64,000 bases of DNA, taken from the NCBI GenBank assembly GCA_013239625.1, contig MU054693.1, positions 9,432,443 to 9,496,442 on the forward strand, read 5' to 3'. Below, piece by piece: positions 26,123-38,692 of this stretch. Every line of letters begins with the position of its first letter. The stretch's first letter is position 1. The DNA is from Lama guanicoe. Taxonomy: Eukaryota. A program made the translations under genes and the position numbers. The notes under the pieces were generated by a model. That model did no database searches. It was not told where the DNA came from and was given only the letters and a program-made list of their open reading frames with translations.

Positions 26123-26140
26123 CAGCGCCCCCTGGTGGCA
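26123..26140 (-). promoter_or_regulatory. Consensus CTCF-binding motif
   Basis: Minus strand tgCCACCAGGGGGCGCtg is the canonical CTCF core, in non-repeat DNA. Confidence 0.65.
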
Positions 26141-26879
26141 GAATCCACTGAGCTCTGTGGGTGTGAAGGGACTTGGGATCCTGGCTTCTCTGCTAAGGAT
26201 GGGCAGTGTGGCTTTCGGCAAAGGGTCCTCATTTTGTTAGGGGGCCTCAGTTTTGCCATCTGTAAAATGAGACAACTGGGCTGGATGGGGTCTGACTTGC
26301 TATGATTGGGCATGGTGCGCCTGGAATTCACTTTTACGGGAGTGTCTGTCCTCCGACCTCGTGGGAGGTGATTTTCAACAAGAGACGGTTTTTTGCTTTC
26401 CCTCAATTATTGACCACCCTTTAGGTGCCTTTCTTCTTCGACAGCTCCCTCCCAGCTAGCACAGTCTCAAACCACTTAGCATCCAATTATTTGCATTTTC
26501 CAAATATGTTTATGTGCTGGATACTTTGTTCCTTCCCTCTTATCTATCTTCAGTTACTATTCTCATCCTCTGGACATTATTTCTGTCTGGAAGACTCCTA
26601 TTCATTCTTCCATACCCATCCCCAATATACAGTCTGATGGTATTATTTTGTCTGAGACAGTGACAATTTCCTGATGTGCCGAGTCATGAGACCCGGATTT
26701 GAATCCTGCCTCTGTAACACTTAGGACTTTGGGCCAGTTATCAAAACTTTTAGAACCTCCAGTTCAGGAATTGGAAAAAAAATAAGTGTTCACCTATTTA
26801 TAGGACTCGACACAGAAGAGGGGCTCACAAACTCTCTCCTTTTCCTGGCTTCTAAGACAGAGTTAACGTCTTCCTTTAA

Positions 26880-27102
26880 AGTGAGTTGGCAAAATTATTC
26901 TGTAAAAGGCCACATGATAGATAATGTAGACATTGTAGGCCATATGCTCTCTGTTTCCAGGACTCATTACTACAGTTGTAGTGTGAAAGTAGCCAGAAAT
27001 AATATGTAAATGAATGGGCATGGCTGTGTCCCAATAAAACTTTATTGATAAAAGGAGGTAAGGGCTGGACTTGACAAGTGGATTGCACTTTGCCAACCTC
27101 TG
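26880..27102. mobile_element. MER58A-like hAT-Charlie MITE
   Basis: gttggcaaa...tctgtaaaaggcc; atggctgtgtcccaataaaactttatt; end tttgccaacctctg. Confidence 0.85.
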
Positions 27103-28519
27103 CTCTAAGTCACCATGGGGACAAACCCAGTGTCCTGACTGGTCCTGGTGGGTTGTGTATCAATCCCTCCTGCTAGAAGATGAAGGGATGCTTCATTTTG
27201 CCCCTGTATCTCCAGGACCAGGCTGATGCGTATTTCATAAATCTCTCAGCAACCCCATAAAATGCAGACTCTGCTACAGCTCTGTTTTCTAGATGGGAAC
27301 ACAGAGAGGTAAATAATTTAGCTGGTAAATGGTGGAAGCAGGCTGGTTCAAGCTCCTATCTCAACCATGACCCCATAGTGACTGGGACATGAGGGCATGA
27401 TAACCCTTAGCTGACTGAGAGCTGAAGCCAGTCATGCCACAATCTCCCTATCTGCATATATGGGTCTGGTTTTCAGAACCCAGAAATAGAACTCATTCTC
27501 CCACACCAGCATTTATTGAGCATCTGTCCCTGTTAAATTCTGCCCTGGTAGGTTTACCTCATCTCTTCACATCTCAGTGCCTTTGTCTAACGTGCTCACT
27601 CCCTCTTCCTCCTGCTTCGGAAGTGACCACCCTATTTTTTTTTTTTTTTGTGGTTGGGGGGACTTGCCCCAGCCAGAGACGACTGTAAAATTAATTTCAC
27701 AACCGCGAATAAAGGCCTGGACAGAGATTGAGTTAGAAGTTGTTCTGGTTCTTCTGGTGCTTTGCCAAGCCCATTTCCTGAGGATTAAGTCCTGAATCCT
27801 CACCGTTTAAAAACAAAAATCTGTTAACTTGGCACCCGGAGGACTGAAGGTTCTTGAAATTCTGGTCCAGTCTCTGAACACTCATGCTTCGGGTCAGCGG
27901 GAGCTTGTTGGTTTGATTTTACAGCGGTATACAGTGCGGCCCACGGAAACAGACCTGAGGGTTGTACATCGCAGTTTTTCGTGTGCTTAGCGCTTCCTAG
28001 GAAGCAGGGTCTGAGCTAAACGGGTTACATACAATCTTCTTTAATGTCTCCTGCAGTCTATGGCATCAGCCCCACTCCAGGGATGGGGAAACTGAGGCTC
28101 AGCAACTCACCCAAGGTAACAAAGGCGTCAAGAGGTGAAGCAGGAATTCACACCTAAATCCCTCATTTCAGCTGCAATCTACTAGTCCTTGACCTGTTTA
28201 GCTTGACTTATCAGAGTAAGTAAAAGAGCAAACAGGGTGTACTCAGAGCAGGAGTAGTGGGGAGGGTGATCCTTATATTTAATGAATGTCTGTTACGTGT
28301 TCCGTGCTCTTTCAGCCTTATTGCATTTGGGTTATCAACATCTATCCAATTTAAAACGTTTTCTTTCTATTTGATAGACTAGGGAATGGCCATTCAGAGA
28401 GGCTGCACATTTCCTTCAAGGTCACAGAACGGGTGCCAGAGGAACAACACTGAATCCGGGGATGTATGACTCCCAAAATCGACTCTGCTCCTTGGACAAG
28501 GGTTTTTGTTGTCCTTTGG

Positions 28520-28682
28520 AAGCATAGAGGGTATTTTCTTTCTAAATACAGATATCTGAGCTTGACCCCAGCAGATTTCTGGTTTGCTGGGGGAGGGAGC
28601 AGAGGTGGGACCCATGCATCTGCACTTGAAAAACACCCCCAGGAGATTCCCATGTGCAGCCAGAGTAGGAGCCATGCTCACT
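28520..28682. mobile_element. MER5-like hAT-Charlie fragment
   Basis: aaatacagat...accccagcagatttctg...atctgcacttgaaaaacacccccaggagattc. Confidence 0.6.
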
Positions 28683-28973
28683 GGGTTGGGAAGGAGATGA
28701 CTAGTGGGCTCCTGAATCCTTTCCAGTCCCCAAGAGTCTATTATTACAGGGAATTGAAGCAGTTATTATGTTCAGGGTCAAGGGTAAGAGTGAAAGAATA
28801 TGAATGCTTAGATCAGAGATTTATAATCTCAGAGTAATAATGAGACACAAATCTGAAATCAAGAAGGCAGGAGGACCTGGAATTCCAAAGGTCCTGGAGG
28901 ACAGGAGCCTGGAAGGGCTGCCTGAGAGAGGCAGCTAAGCCTGGCATACGGAGCTCAGACCTAGAACCACCCA

Positions 28974-29212
28974 CGTGGGTTCAAACCCTCACAAGCCGTG
29001 CAGCTGCCACGCTTCCAACCTCCCTGCTTCCAGCTTCCGCGTTTGCGCAGTGAGGCTGGAGGTGGCGCCCATCCTGCAGGGCGCTGAGGGAGACGGAGCG
29101 GGTGCGGAGCACTGCCCTGAGGCCAGTGCACTGCCGTCCTCCTGCCGCCCACGCCAGGGGTCGTTGTGCCCGATTGCAGGGCTCGGTTTTCTCTGAGATG
29201 ACTCTAACGCGT
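28974..29212. promoter_or_regulatory. Small orphan CpG-rich patch
   Basis: About 19 CpGs in 240 bp of GC-rich non-repeat DNA, against a CpG-depleted background. Confidence 0.45.
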
Positions 29213-29569
29213 GGGAACCCAAGGGCAAGTCTTTCTCCCTCTTTGATGAGCACAAATCCAGTGGGCTCACCCATCCAAGGAGGGACTGAGCAACAGTGAA
29301 ACCAGCAAACATTACTACGCTCCTACTGTGTGTCCCGTGCTGGGTGCTGAAGGGCAGAGATCAGGAAATGAGATGTCTATCCTGTACCAGCATCCAAGCT
29401 CAGAGAGCAAGGGATGCAAAGGGCTGGGAGGGTGGCCCTCCCCCACCCTCTGCACTTTTCTGGATAAAAACAATAAATGCAAAAGGAAACGATTTATACA
29501 GGTGCTAGTTGATCCCTGAGGTCCCTTCTGGTCTCAGACGGGCAGTGAAAACTATAGAGCATGACGTTT

Positions 29570-30280
29570 ATTTACTCATTCTTCAAAAATATTTACTGAG
29601 CAAGAATTGTGTCACAGGCATGGAGATGAGCGTTGGTGGCACAGTGGTAAGTGATGACTGCAAGCTAACATTTATTGTGCATTTACTGTGTGCCGGGCTC
29701 TGTTTTAAGCTTTCCACATGGATTAATATTTAATCCATGTGGAAGTCCTATGTTCTTAGCTCAAGTTTACAGAAAAGGAAACAGACACAGAGAGGTTATA
29801 TGACTTCCTCAAGATCACACAGCTGGTAAGTGGCAGAGTGTGGGCAAATGACGCAGGCATGGCCCCTCCCCACAGGGAACCTATAGTCTAATGAGGGAGA
29901 GACGGACTCGTGGCTGGGATTCCAGGTAGCTCGGGGATGCACCTGTGCGAGGGAGCCCAGAGGAGGTGCCTCACTCAGACTTAGGGGCGTCAGGGAAGAT
30001 TTCCAGAGATAGCACTGAATAAGTGGGAAATAATTATAAATTATAAATATAATTTTGCAGGCTGGGGGTGGGAGTGGTAGATTGGATGTGTCTTCCAGCC
30101 GGAGGGCATAGAATCTGAAGCATCGGCAATGGGAATAATCATGAAGCAATGGAAGGAATAACAGCCATTTCAGTGTGGCCCAAGACGTCCAGTGGAGTTG
30201 CAGGAGAGGGCAGAGGCTGGTGACATAAATAGGGACCAGGCCACAGTGAGGTTTTTCAAGTCCCGTGGTCAATTTCCCCA
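29570..30280 (-). mobile_element. L2 fragment interrupted by a minus-strand MIR (~29660-29860)
   Basis: tcattcttcaaaaatatttactgagc (L2 tail); gctaacatttattgtgcatttactgtgtgcc...cacagagaggtt (MIR). Confidence 0.7.
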
Positions 30281-31349
30281 TAACCAGAGTTCACAGGGCG
30301 GGCTGTCTCTCCCTTCTGCCTGAGCCCCCTGTTGGGGGAAGGGTCAGATCTCAAGTTCCCCTGCTTCTCCAAGGGTTCTCATGCAATCTCAGAAGCCACT
30401 CCAATCATGTCAATTCACTTTCATCGGTTCTGGGCCATTCGTAGGACTTCAGACAAAAGAAAAGAAAAAAAAAAACCTAACGCCAATAAAGAATCAAATC
30501 AGATGTGATTCAGAAGAGAGAATCAAAGACAACTGGGTTTATTTCCCAAGGATGAAATAAATAGGCTTCTACAACAGAACAAGTCAGAACCATTACTGAG
30601 AACAAGCCCCTTTTGTGGGAACATTGAGCTATTGGACTATAAACCTTGACTGCTGGCAAAAGCCAGGAGGTTACTTTCTGGATAGATGAATTGTACACAT
30701 AGCTGAGGTATTAAGTACTTCACATGTAGCAAAACAGTTTATCCAATGGTCTGGTCTATCCTGTACCATTAATCTGAAGGCAATGACTGTCATTCAGCAT
30801 TAAAAAAAAAAAAGATGTACAGTGTTCTTGTAGTCAGAACTCTGTCATGATGTATCTTGGTTTGGAACGACTCCTTTCATCCTTGGCTCCCATGAAAAGC
30901 TCCACATCTTCCTCTATCAAACACTAATTTTTGTCTGCCTTGTCTTAGACGTGTGTATTTCATCTGTCTCCTTCAGGAGACTGTGCGTTCCTCAAAAACA
31001 AGGACTGTGTCTTATGTTATTTTTCTTTATATTCTCTGTAGCCCAAAGCATCCTCAGAGACCACTTAGCCAAACTTCCCCACTCACTGCTGAGAACCTAA
31101 GAGCTGTGAGTTTGCAGCGGGGCCAGAATGAAGACCCAGACATCCCCATTCCCAGACCTGTGATCCCCCACGAGTCTCCCTCACTGTTGCAGGTGTCTGT
31201 AGCCTCCTTCAGCATCTTGCAATGCTGTGTCCACAACGCAGTGAAGGTTAGATCTCTGTTGTTCATTTGGTGTAAATAAACTCCAAGCAAGAGAAGGTGG
31301 TGCTTGCCTTGGGATAGAATCCCCAAGCTGGTCATTATCGCTTTGGGTT

Positions 31350-31826
31350 TGTAACCAAGCAGGACCCTGTGGGGCCTTCCAGGGCAGACCCCTCCTCCAT
31401 CTCCTCTGCTGTAGCTCCTCTCTGAAGGACCCAGATAACAGTACCTCATGTATATTTTGTGAGTGTTTCAGATACTTAAAACCACCACCAAAGGGAAGAA
31501 ATTAACTACTTGATGATCGACAGCATGTAGCCCCCAGACCTTCTGGCACTTGGTAGTGGATAGTGTTAATTCGCCCTGTTCCCTCAACATCAACCAGTCA
31601 GGGAATTTTATACGAGCTGATTACATACCCTGTGATCCCCCCTCCCTTACCTGAACTTTAAATACGCTTTGCTGAAACCCTTCTGGGAGTTCGGGGTTCT
31701 CTTGGGCATAAGCCACCCTGTCCTCCTTGCTCAGCCCTGCAGTAAACCTTTCTCTGCTCCGAACTTCAATGTTTCTGTTTGTTTGGCCTCATTATGCAGC
31801 GGGTACACGAACTTGCCTTTGTAACA
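31350..31826 (+). mobile_element. ERV1-class solo LTR (family A, copy 1)
   Basis: tgtaacc...gtaaca termini; 4-bp TSD GGTT (31346-31349/31827-31830); TATA-like and polyA-like (agtaaa) signals; homologous to 41923-42402. Confidence 0.9.
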
Positions 31827-31869
31827 GGTTGTGCAGCTGTGGGGCTTGCCCTTTTTCTCGTGCAGCTGG

Positions 31870-32005
31870 GGTAGGCAGACCAGCTCTACCTCCTACTAGC
31901 TGTGTGGTCTTAAGCAAGTTTCTCAAGCTCTCTGAGCTTCTGTTTCCTCCTTGGCAAAAAGGGCTGGTTGTGAGGATTAAGTGAGATGAAGCATTTAAGT
32001 ACTGG
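31870..32005 (+). mobile_element. MIR SINE
   Basis: actagctgtgtggtcttaagcaagtt...ggttgtgaggattaagtgagat. Confidence 0.8.
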
Positions 32006-32747
32006 GCTGGACCTGTGTCTTTGGAGGTCATGCTGTTGTGTTGTCCAGATCAGGTTCTGAACAGGCGAGATGATCAGTTTATCTAAATCCCCAAATAGGT
32101 GAGGACTCACCATATCAGGAAGGTACGTCTGCAGTCTTGGGCTATTATCTGATAAAGACTACCATTTCTATACCAGGCTCTCTGCTCTATTTTTCCCCCA
32201 TAGGACACTGAGCTGAGCTGCAGCAGCAATTTCACACAAGCAGGACCCAGGATGACAATTTTTATTATCTAAGCGTATAACCCAAGGCTTTGGAAGTGAG
32301 CCAGAGTCAGGGAATTTAAAAGTAAGAAAAGATTTTAGAAAATAAAAGTGATTGTTGCTTACGGCTTTTAACATAGATTCCAAGGCTTTAAACATCTCAA
32401 CTCACTCTGCAACCAGAGAGTAAAGCTGCCTGACTGTTCAGAAGCTCGCAGCTCACTCTGCCCAGCCCTCCCCTGGATCTATGTTCCACCCTTGTGAAGG
32501 CAATATTAAATATTAAATATTGCTGGTTAAAGGCATAGCGTTGGGTCCCAGCTTTACCATGCTTTTGCTCTGTAACCTTGCGAATGTTACTTAACATCTC
32601 TGAGACTCAGTTTCCTTAGGTGGTAATGTCGGGCTGAGTGTCTCTAGCATGTACTGTATGAAAGAATCAGGATAAAGCTTCTTTTCTCTTCTTTGATAGA
32701 AGATAGTTCAATTTACATTAGCTCAAAAAAGAGATAAAAATGCCCTC

Positions 32748-33795
32748 CAAGAAAATATTTGCAAATGATGTGACTGACAAGGGCTTAACCTCCAGAGTAT
32801 ACAAACAGCTCATTCAGCTGAATGACAACAGCAACAACAAAATGAAACAACCCAATCCAAAAATGGGCAGAAGACCTAAACAAGCAATTCTCTAATAAAG
32901 ACAAACAAATATCCAATAGGCACATGAGAAACTGCTCAGTATTCCTAATTATCAGAGAAATGCAAATCAAAACTACAATGAGGTATCACCCCACACCAGT
33001 CAGAATGGCTGTCATTAAAAAGTCCCACAAACGATNNNNNNNNNNNNNNNNNNNNNNNNNNNNNNNNNNNNNNNNNNNNNNNNNNNNNNNNNNNNNNNNN
33101 NNNNNNNNNNNNNNNNNNNNNNNNNNNNNNNNNNNNNNNNNNNNNNNNNNNNNNNNNNNNNNNNNNNNNNNNNNNNNNNNNNNNNNNNNNNNNNNNNNNN
33201 NNNNTAATTTGAAAAGATACATGCACCCCAATGTTCAAAGCAGCACTATTTACAATAACCAAGACATGTAAACACCTTAAATGTCCATTGACAAATGACT
33301 GGATAAAGAAGTTGTGGTATATGTATACAGTGGAATACTACTCAGTCATAAAAAAGAATAAAATAATGCCATTTGCAGCAACATGGATGGACCTGAAGAT
33401 TGTCATTCCAATGAAGTAAGCCAGAAAGAGAGAGAAAAATACCATATGATATCACTCATATGTGGAGTCTTAAAAAAAAAGACACAAATGAACTTATTTA
33501 CAAAACAGAAACAGACTCACTGACATAGAAAGCAAAATTATGGTTAGCAAGGGGAAAGAGGGTAGGAAGGGATAAATTGGGAGTTCAAGATTTGCAGACA
33601 CTAGCTACTATATATAAAATAGATAAACAACAAGTTTATACTGTACAGCACAGGGAACTACATCCAATATCTTGTAGTAACCTATAATGAAAAAGAATAT
33701 GAAAAGAATATTAAAAGGAATATATGTTATGTATATGCTGTACACCAGAAACTGATGCAACATTGTAAACTGACTACATATTTCAATAAAAGAAA
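32748..33795 (+). mobile_element. 5'-truncated LINE-1 with poly(A), spans gap 33036-33204
   Basis: ORF2 C-terminal peptides ([21 protein letters not shown]; [33 protein letters not shown]), 3' UTR, aataaa + A tail, TSD aaaaa(t/c)gccctc at 32736-32747 and 33796-33807. Confidence 0.95.
33036..33204. other. Assembly gap (N run) inside L1
   Basis: N run. Confidence 1.
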
Positions 33796-35169
33796 AAAAA
33801 CGCCCTCTGAAGAAAAACAAAATTCCCAGTTAAGTTTAGGGACACAAATCATCTGCAGTGTCCAACTGGCAGTAAGGTAGCAAAACAACCTATGAAAAAA
33901 TTTTGCACTTTTGTATCTAAAAATAAGAACACAGTGAGCCTCAAACTTTATTTATATATCTTGGTCCCTTTTCAAAGGAGCTTAAAGATCATTACGGACA
34001 TGATGAAATACCCTCATAATATGTAGGCGGGACCTGGACAGCACTGTCACCATTTTAGAACCATTAATGGCCAGAGAGGTTAAGTGACTTACTGAAGGTC
34101 ACACAGTGAGTCCAACTTAAATCCCAGGTCCACTGGCTTGGTGCTGATCCATTCAAGCACTATCCCCTGTCCACCAGGTAAAGAAAAGCGAATGAAACAC
34201 TGATTGTTAAGGAAGGGAAATAGCTATTGAGCTACGGAAGCTGACATGTAGCCAGCCAGAAATCATTAATGTGGCCAGGTTTAAGGAGAGCTCTATTAAA
34301 CTGTCCATCAAACGCTTTCCTCTTAAATGGATTTATTGAGAAAGGGAAAAGACCAGGGTAGAGAGAACACATTAGAGGTGGCTTTTCTTTGTCTGCTGGA
34401 AGTTCATAGTCACTGGCAGGGAGAGAGGGTGCCTTCAGAAGAGAAGTTTTTTAAGAATGAAAGGAGGAATTTTGGGGGGTCCAGAGAACCACATACAGGT
34501 AGGAGTGCTGGCCATTACACCCATTAGCTGTGTGTCATCAGACACATTTCTCTGCTTCTCTGAGCCCCAGAAAAATATTGTGAGGATCCAATGTGAATAC
34601 GCACAAGAACATGGAGGCTGGTTCACCATCAGCATCCTGTAATATATAACTATTTGATAATTATTGTTAGAGTTAGTAGAAAATTACAGAAGAGGTCGAG
34701 TCCCAGGAACTAATAAGGAGGTGGACCCAGCCCAGCCAACTAAGTCAAGTATGATAATAGGAGGTGGAGGAGAAAGGTCAAAGACGTTAGTTCAAGTTCA
34801 GTGTCCTTATCAGAGGGCTCTAGAAACAGAGGCAGCAACTCCTCAGGCAGGAGCAGCCCAGAGACTCAGGGACAATCAGGGACAAGGACATCTGCAGGTA
34901 GGGAGAGGCATTTAGAGTGTACTTTCCAGATGGGGTTGCAGATTCTAATCCTCTTTCTTGTGCAGAGTGGTCCAAGGCTTAAGTCGTGTCTCCCACCTAC
35001 ATGCTAGCCCCGTATCCTATGTGCCGGCAACCCATAGAAAGCAAGTTCCAGTCCAAATTGCCACCCTGGACTTTGTTCTGAGCCACTGGCCTTAACCCAC
35101 TCCTTAGTACAGACATTCATTCTGAATCCAACCCTTTCCGCCACTGACCGCCACTTCATCAAACATGGT

Positions 35170-35660
35170 CTGTGAACTAGCATGCCAGCCTTCCAGGTGT
35201 GCAGGAAATGGTGTGACTGAGGTAGGGGCTGTGGGCATGCAGGACCCATCTGGGAGCCTGGGAAAGGTGGTGACTGAGCTGGGTCATGGAGAATGCGTAG
35301 GAGCTCCACTGGAATAAAAGGAAGAAGGGGGTCATTCCGGGAAGCGAGAACATCTTGTGCAAAAGTCCTCACACAGGTAATCACTGGGCTTCTGCTGAGG
35401 TTCAGGCTACTTAAGGTTACATCGGGGTAAACTGGAGAGAGGCAGGAGAAAGCTTTAGAGAGGATGTTTGGGCTCAGGTGGTGGAGAGACTTGTGTGCCA
35501 TGTCAAAAAATTTGGGCTTTTTTCCTGGGTGCGATTGGGAAAGGTGGTTTTTTTGGTGGGGTGGGGAGAAATATGACTAGATGTTTGTCTGAGAAGGATA
35601 ACTCTAGGGCAGTGTGGAGGAGAGCTGGAGGGCAGACAAAGGTGGGGACCCGTGACAAGG
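35170..35660 (-). mobile_element. L2 LINE fragment
   Basis: cattccgggaagcgagaacatcttgtgcaaaagtcct; gagaaggataactctagggcagtgtggagg. Confidence 0.6.
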
Positions 35661-36229
35661 CTACCATGTCCATTCATCATTCCTCTGGCCCGGCCTTTTG
35701 AACCTGACACTTGGCCCTGTGTTTCCTGGCTGAGACCTTAAATCTGCTGGTCAGAGGTCTGGGTCTCCATGCTCAGTATGCTTCTTTGGACAGCACCAGC
35801 TAATTATGCCTTCGTATTTGAAGGGGGGTGCATTTATTCATTCATTCATTCAGTACTGATTTGTTTTAGAAGAATAAATAGAGCTTAGATTTTTCTTTCA
35901 AGAGGAATTTTAAAGGTAAGAATTCACTAGAGCGTTGGGACATTGGAGGAGGAGGGGGTCAAAAAGGATGCGATTAATTATATCTGGATCAGGAAGGGTT
36001 TTCAGGAGGACACGATGCCTGTGGGGCTGGTTCTCTGGAGACAAGAAGGTTTCTACTCTTTGAAAAGGATGAAGGGCATTCTGGGAAAACGGAGTTGTGT
36101 AAGGGAAGCCCTCAGAGTATGAAACAGCATGGTAGGTTATGGACAACCCAGCTCTAGGACAGGGTGGATTGTTTTAGGAATCAAACCCTCCAGGGCCCTC
36201 AACATATAACAGAACTAGGCTGTCATTCC

Positions 36230-36410
36230 ATTTCTACTGCTTCCCAGCTGTGTGACCTTGTGAAGTTACTTGACCTCTCTGAGCTCCAGTTTCCTAAACG
36301 GTGAAATGGGGTAACACAATGCTTAATTTGCAATGTTGTGCAAAGAGATAAATGAGATATTTGGAAAGCATCTAGCCCAGGGCTTGTTCAATAAATGATA
36401 GCTATTATTA
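36230..36410 (+). mobile_element. MIR SINE
   Basis: cagctgtgtgaccttgtgaagttacttgacctctctgagc...caataaatgatagctattatt. Confidence 0.85.
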
Positions 36411-36433
36411 TACTTATTTTTATTCTGAGTGCC

Positions 36434-36642
36434 TAGAGGTTCAAAATAGAAGCTACATCTGGTACTTCAAAGCTGTTTCACCTTACATGCCAATTCTCAT
36501 TGATCAGTACTGGCTGCTTGGAGCAGAGAATTATGAGGTTGCATATAAGATCAGCAGGAAGAAGTGCTGTGATCTATTAGTAATGTCTGTCCAGGGCAGG
36601 GAATGGAAGTGATGACATCTGTGCAAAGTGCCGTCGACCCTA
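36434..36642. mobile_element. MER117-like hAT-Charlie MITE
   Basis: tttcaccttacatgccaattc, tggctgcttggagc, agtgctgtgatctattagtaatgtctg match the recalled consensus. Confidence 0.6.
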
Positions 36643-36972
36643 AAATAAATGTTGCTTTAGAGCTAGGAGTTATGAGGATAGGCTGATGTGTTATGGGAGC
36701 GGAGGCGGGGGGGGGGTTGAGACTTGAATCAGCCCCTTAAGGATAGATAATTATGGGGCAGGTAGAAAGGAGGGGGGAACAGCTAACCCAGCTGAATTTG
36801 GATTTCATCTTGTTGCCAACATAACATTCTATTTTGGAGCCCCGGCATCACAAGCCAAAGTATTAGAAACTCCTCCCTTATCGACTGGCTACAAAACAAA
36901 CACACGTCTGCTTACTTGGCCATGCGGGGGCTGACTGAGCAGAATCTGAGTGAGGAGGGCAAGAGGTACGTG

Positions 36973-37160
36973 NNNNNNNNNNNNNNNNNNNNNNNNNNNN
37001 NNNNNNNNNNNNNNNNNNNNNNNNNNNNNNNNNNNNNNNNNNNNNNNNNNNNNNNNNNNNNNNNNNNNNNNNNNNNNNNNNNNNNNNNNNNNNNNNNNNN
37101 NNNNNNNNNNNNNNNNNNNNNNNNNNNNNNNNNNNNNNNNNNNNNNNNNNNNNNNNNNNN
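36973..37160. other. Assembly gap (N run) in non-repeat context
   Basis: N run. Confidence 1.
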
Positions 37161-38204
37161 TGGCTCCAAGCTGGGCTCATCTCCCACCTCTCACCCCCTC
37201 CCAGAAACACAGATTGAAAAGGAAAAGAAACATAATCAATGCACTCAGCCACAAGTTAAAACTTCCCCTGGAGAATGCTAGACAGCCAGACTCCTTCCAC
37301 ATTAGTTGATGCAGAAAAGCATCTGTCAGTATCTGTGAGAGCTCAGGGAGGAGGAGGGGCTGAGAAAACCAACTGGGTCCATGCAGAACTCCTGTCTCCA
37401 TAAGGGTGACTCTCCTGTCCTTCGCATGGGGCTTTGACACAAGCCTTTAAAAGGCTTCCATTAGCAATGTAATTGATCTTCTGATGAACAGCAAGAAGTC
37501 CAGCAGAAAAAAAAATGTGATTACAATGTACTGAAGTAGACACATATTAAGTTGCAGATTTAAAGTTTGCAGCCACAACCATCTATAAACCATGCTTAGA
37601 TGTGATTTTCATTATTTCTTGGGAAATGTCCTTAGCTCATGAGTCCAAATTTCTGCCAGGGGCAGGAAACTTAATCTTGTACATTCTAATAACTCAGTGT
37701 CTTTCAGATTTTAATGTGATCGATTTGGGATTTTGATGTAGGCAGGTCAAAATTCTTCCCTTTTCTCTCCTTCTCCTCATTTCCCCAAAGTGGGAGGGGT
37801 GAGCTAATTTCCAGTGGCCTTGCTTTCATCAACCTGATAATGAAAGGAGGGCATTTGGGCCTTGAGGGCCTCCACAAGGTAAGGTTTGCCCCACGATTGG
37901 TCCCTGACCTCCAACCCAGATTCATCCATTGTTGCTGGTGATCTATTTCCTGCCTACGATTATCAGAGCCTCTTACTTCTTCCTGCATCCCAACTGTGGA
38001 GTCTCTTCAGGTCCACCAGGACCTCCATGCTCTGCTTTCTCAGCATCCCCTGAGGGTGTATGGAGTTTATGAGTCTGTCTCAGGCTTATCCACTGGACAT
38101 CTCTTCAGCCATGGTGCCTGACCTGTGCAGGGTCCTTGGCTGCCAGGCAACTGCATCCCCTGCTCTATCATTGCCCAAGCTCATGGGGGTTCCTATATTC
38201 CACC

Positions 38205-38228
38205 TTGGGTAGATTGCATTACTGGCTC

Positions 38229-38266
<38 letters not shown>

Positions 38267-38692
38267 CACTCTTGATACTCATGCTCATTGCACGTGATTT
38301 TGGGATTCTTTCCATAAAGGCAGGGCATACCTCCCCCTCTCCCCCAACCTTCCTGCCCTGTTGACTTTGAACGCAGCCATATGACTTGATTTGACCAACA
38401 GAATGAAGCAAAAGTGTGTGAGTCATTTCCAAGTATAGGCCTTCATAGGCCTTTTCTGTTCCCACTTCCCTCTTTGCCCCCCTGCTATCCCCAAGAGAAC
38501 ATTCCTCAGCTGTCCCTCTGATTCAAGGAAGATGAGAGATGCCCAGAGCAGACCCACCCCAGACAAGCCCCGCCTGAGTAAGTTGACCCCCAGCTGACTG
38601 GTATATCTGAGAGCATAAAAGCCTATTGCAACATGTCATTAAGGTTTTGTGTTTGTTATGCAGCATTTTTGTGGCAATAAGTAACTGATACA
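38205..38692 (+). mobile_element. MaLR LTR (MLT1H-like) with internal T33 tract (38232-38264)
   Basis: ggtagattgcattactggc start, atgacttgatttgaccaacagaatg, end ttgttatgcagca...gtaactgataca. Confidence 0.8.

Noticed and set aside
37441-37457. AAGCCTTT-a-AAAGGCTT palindrome (similarly 32500-32523)
   Set aside because: Chance-level arm length or low-complexity AT repeat
38232-38264. T33 tract as the tail of a processed pseudogene
   Set aside because: MLT1 sequence continues on both sides with no inserted body; a simple homopolymer expansion
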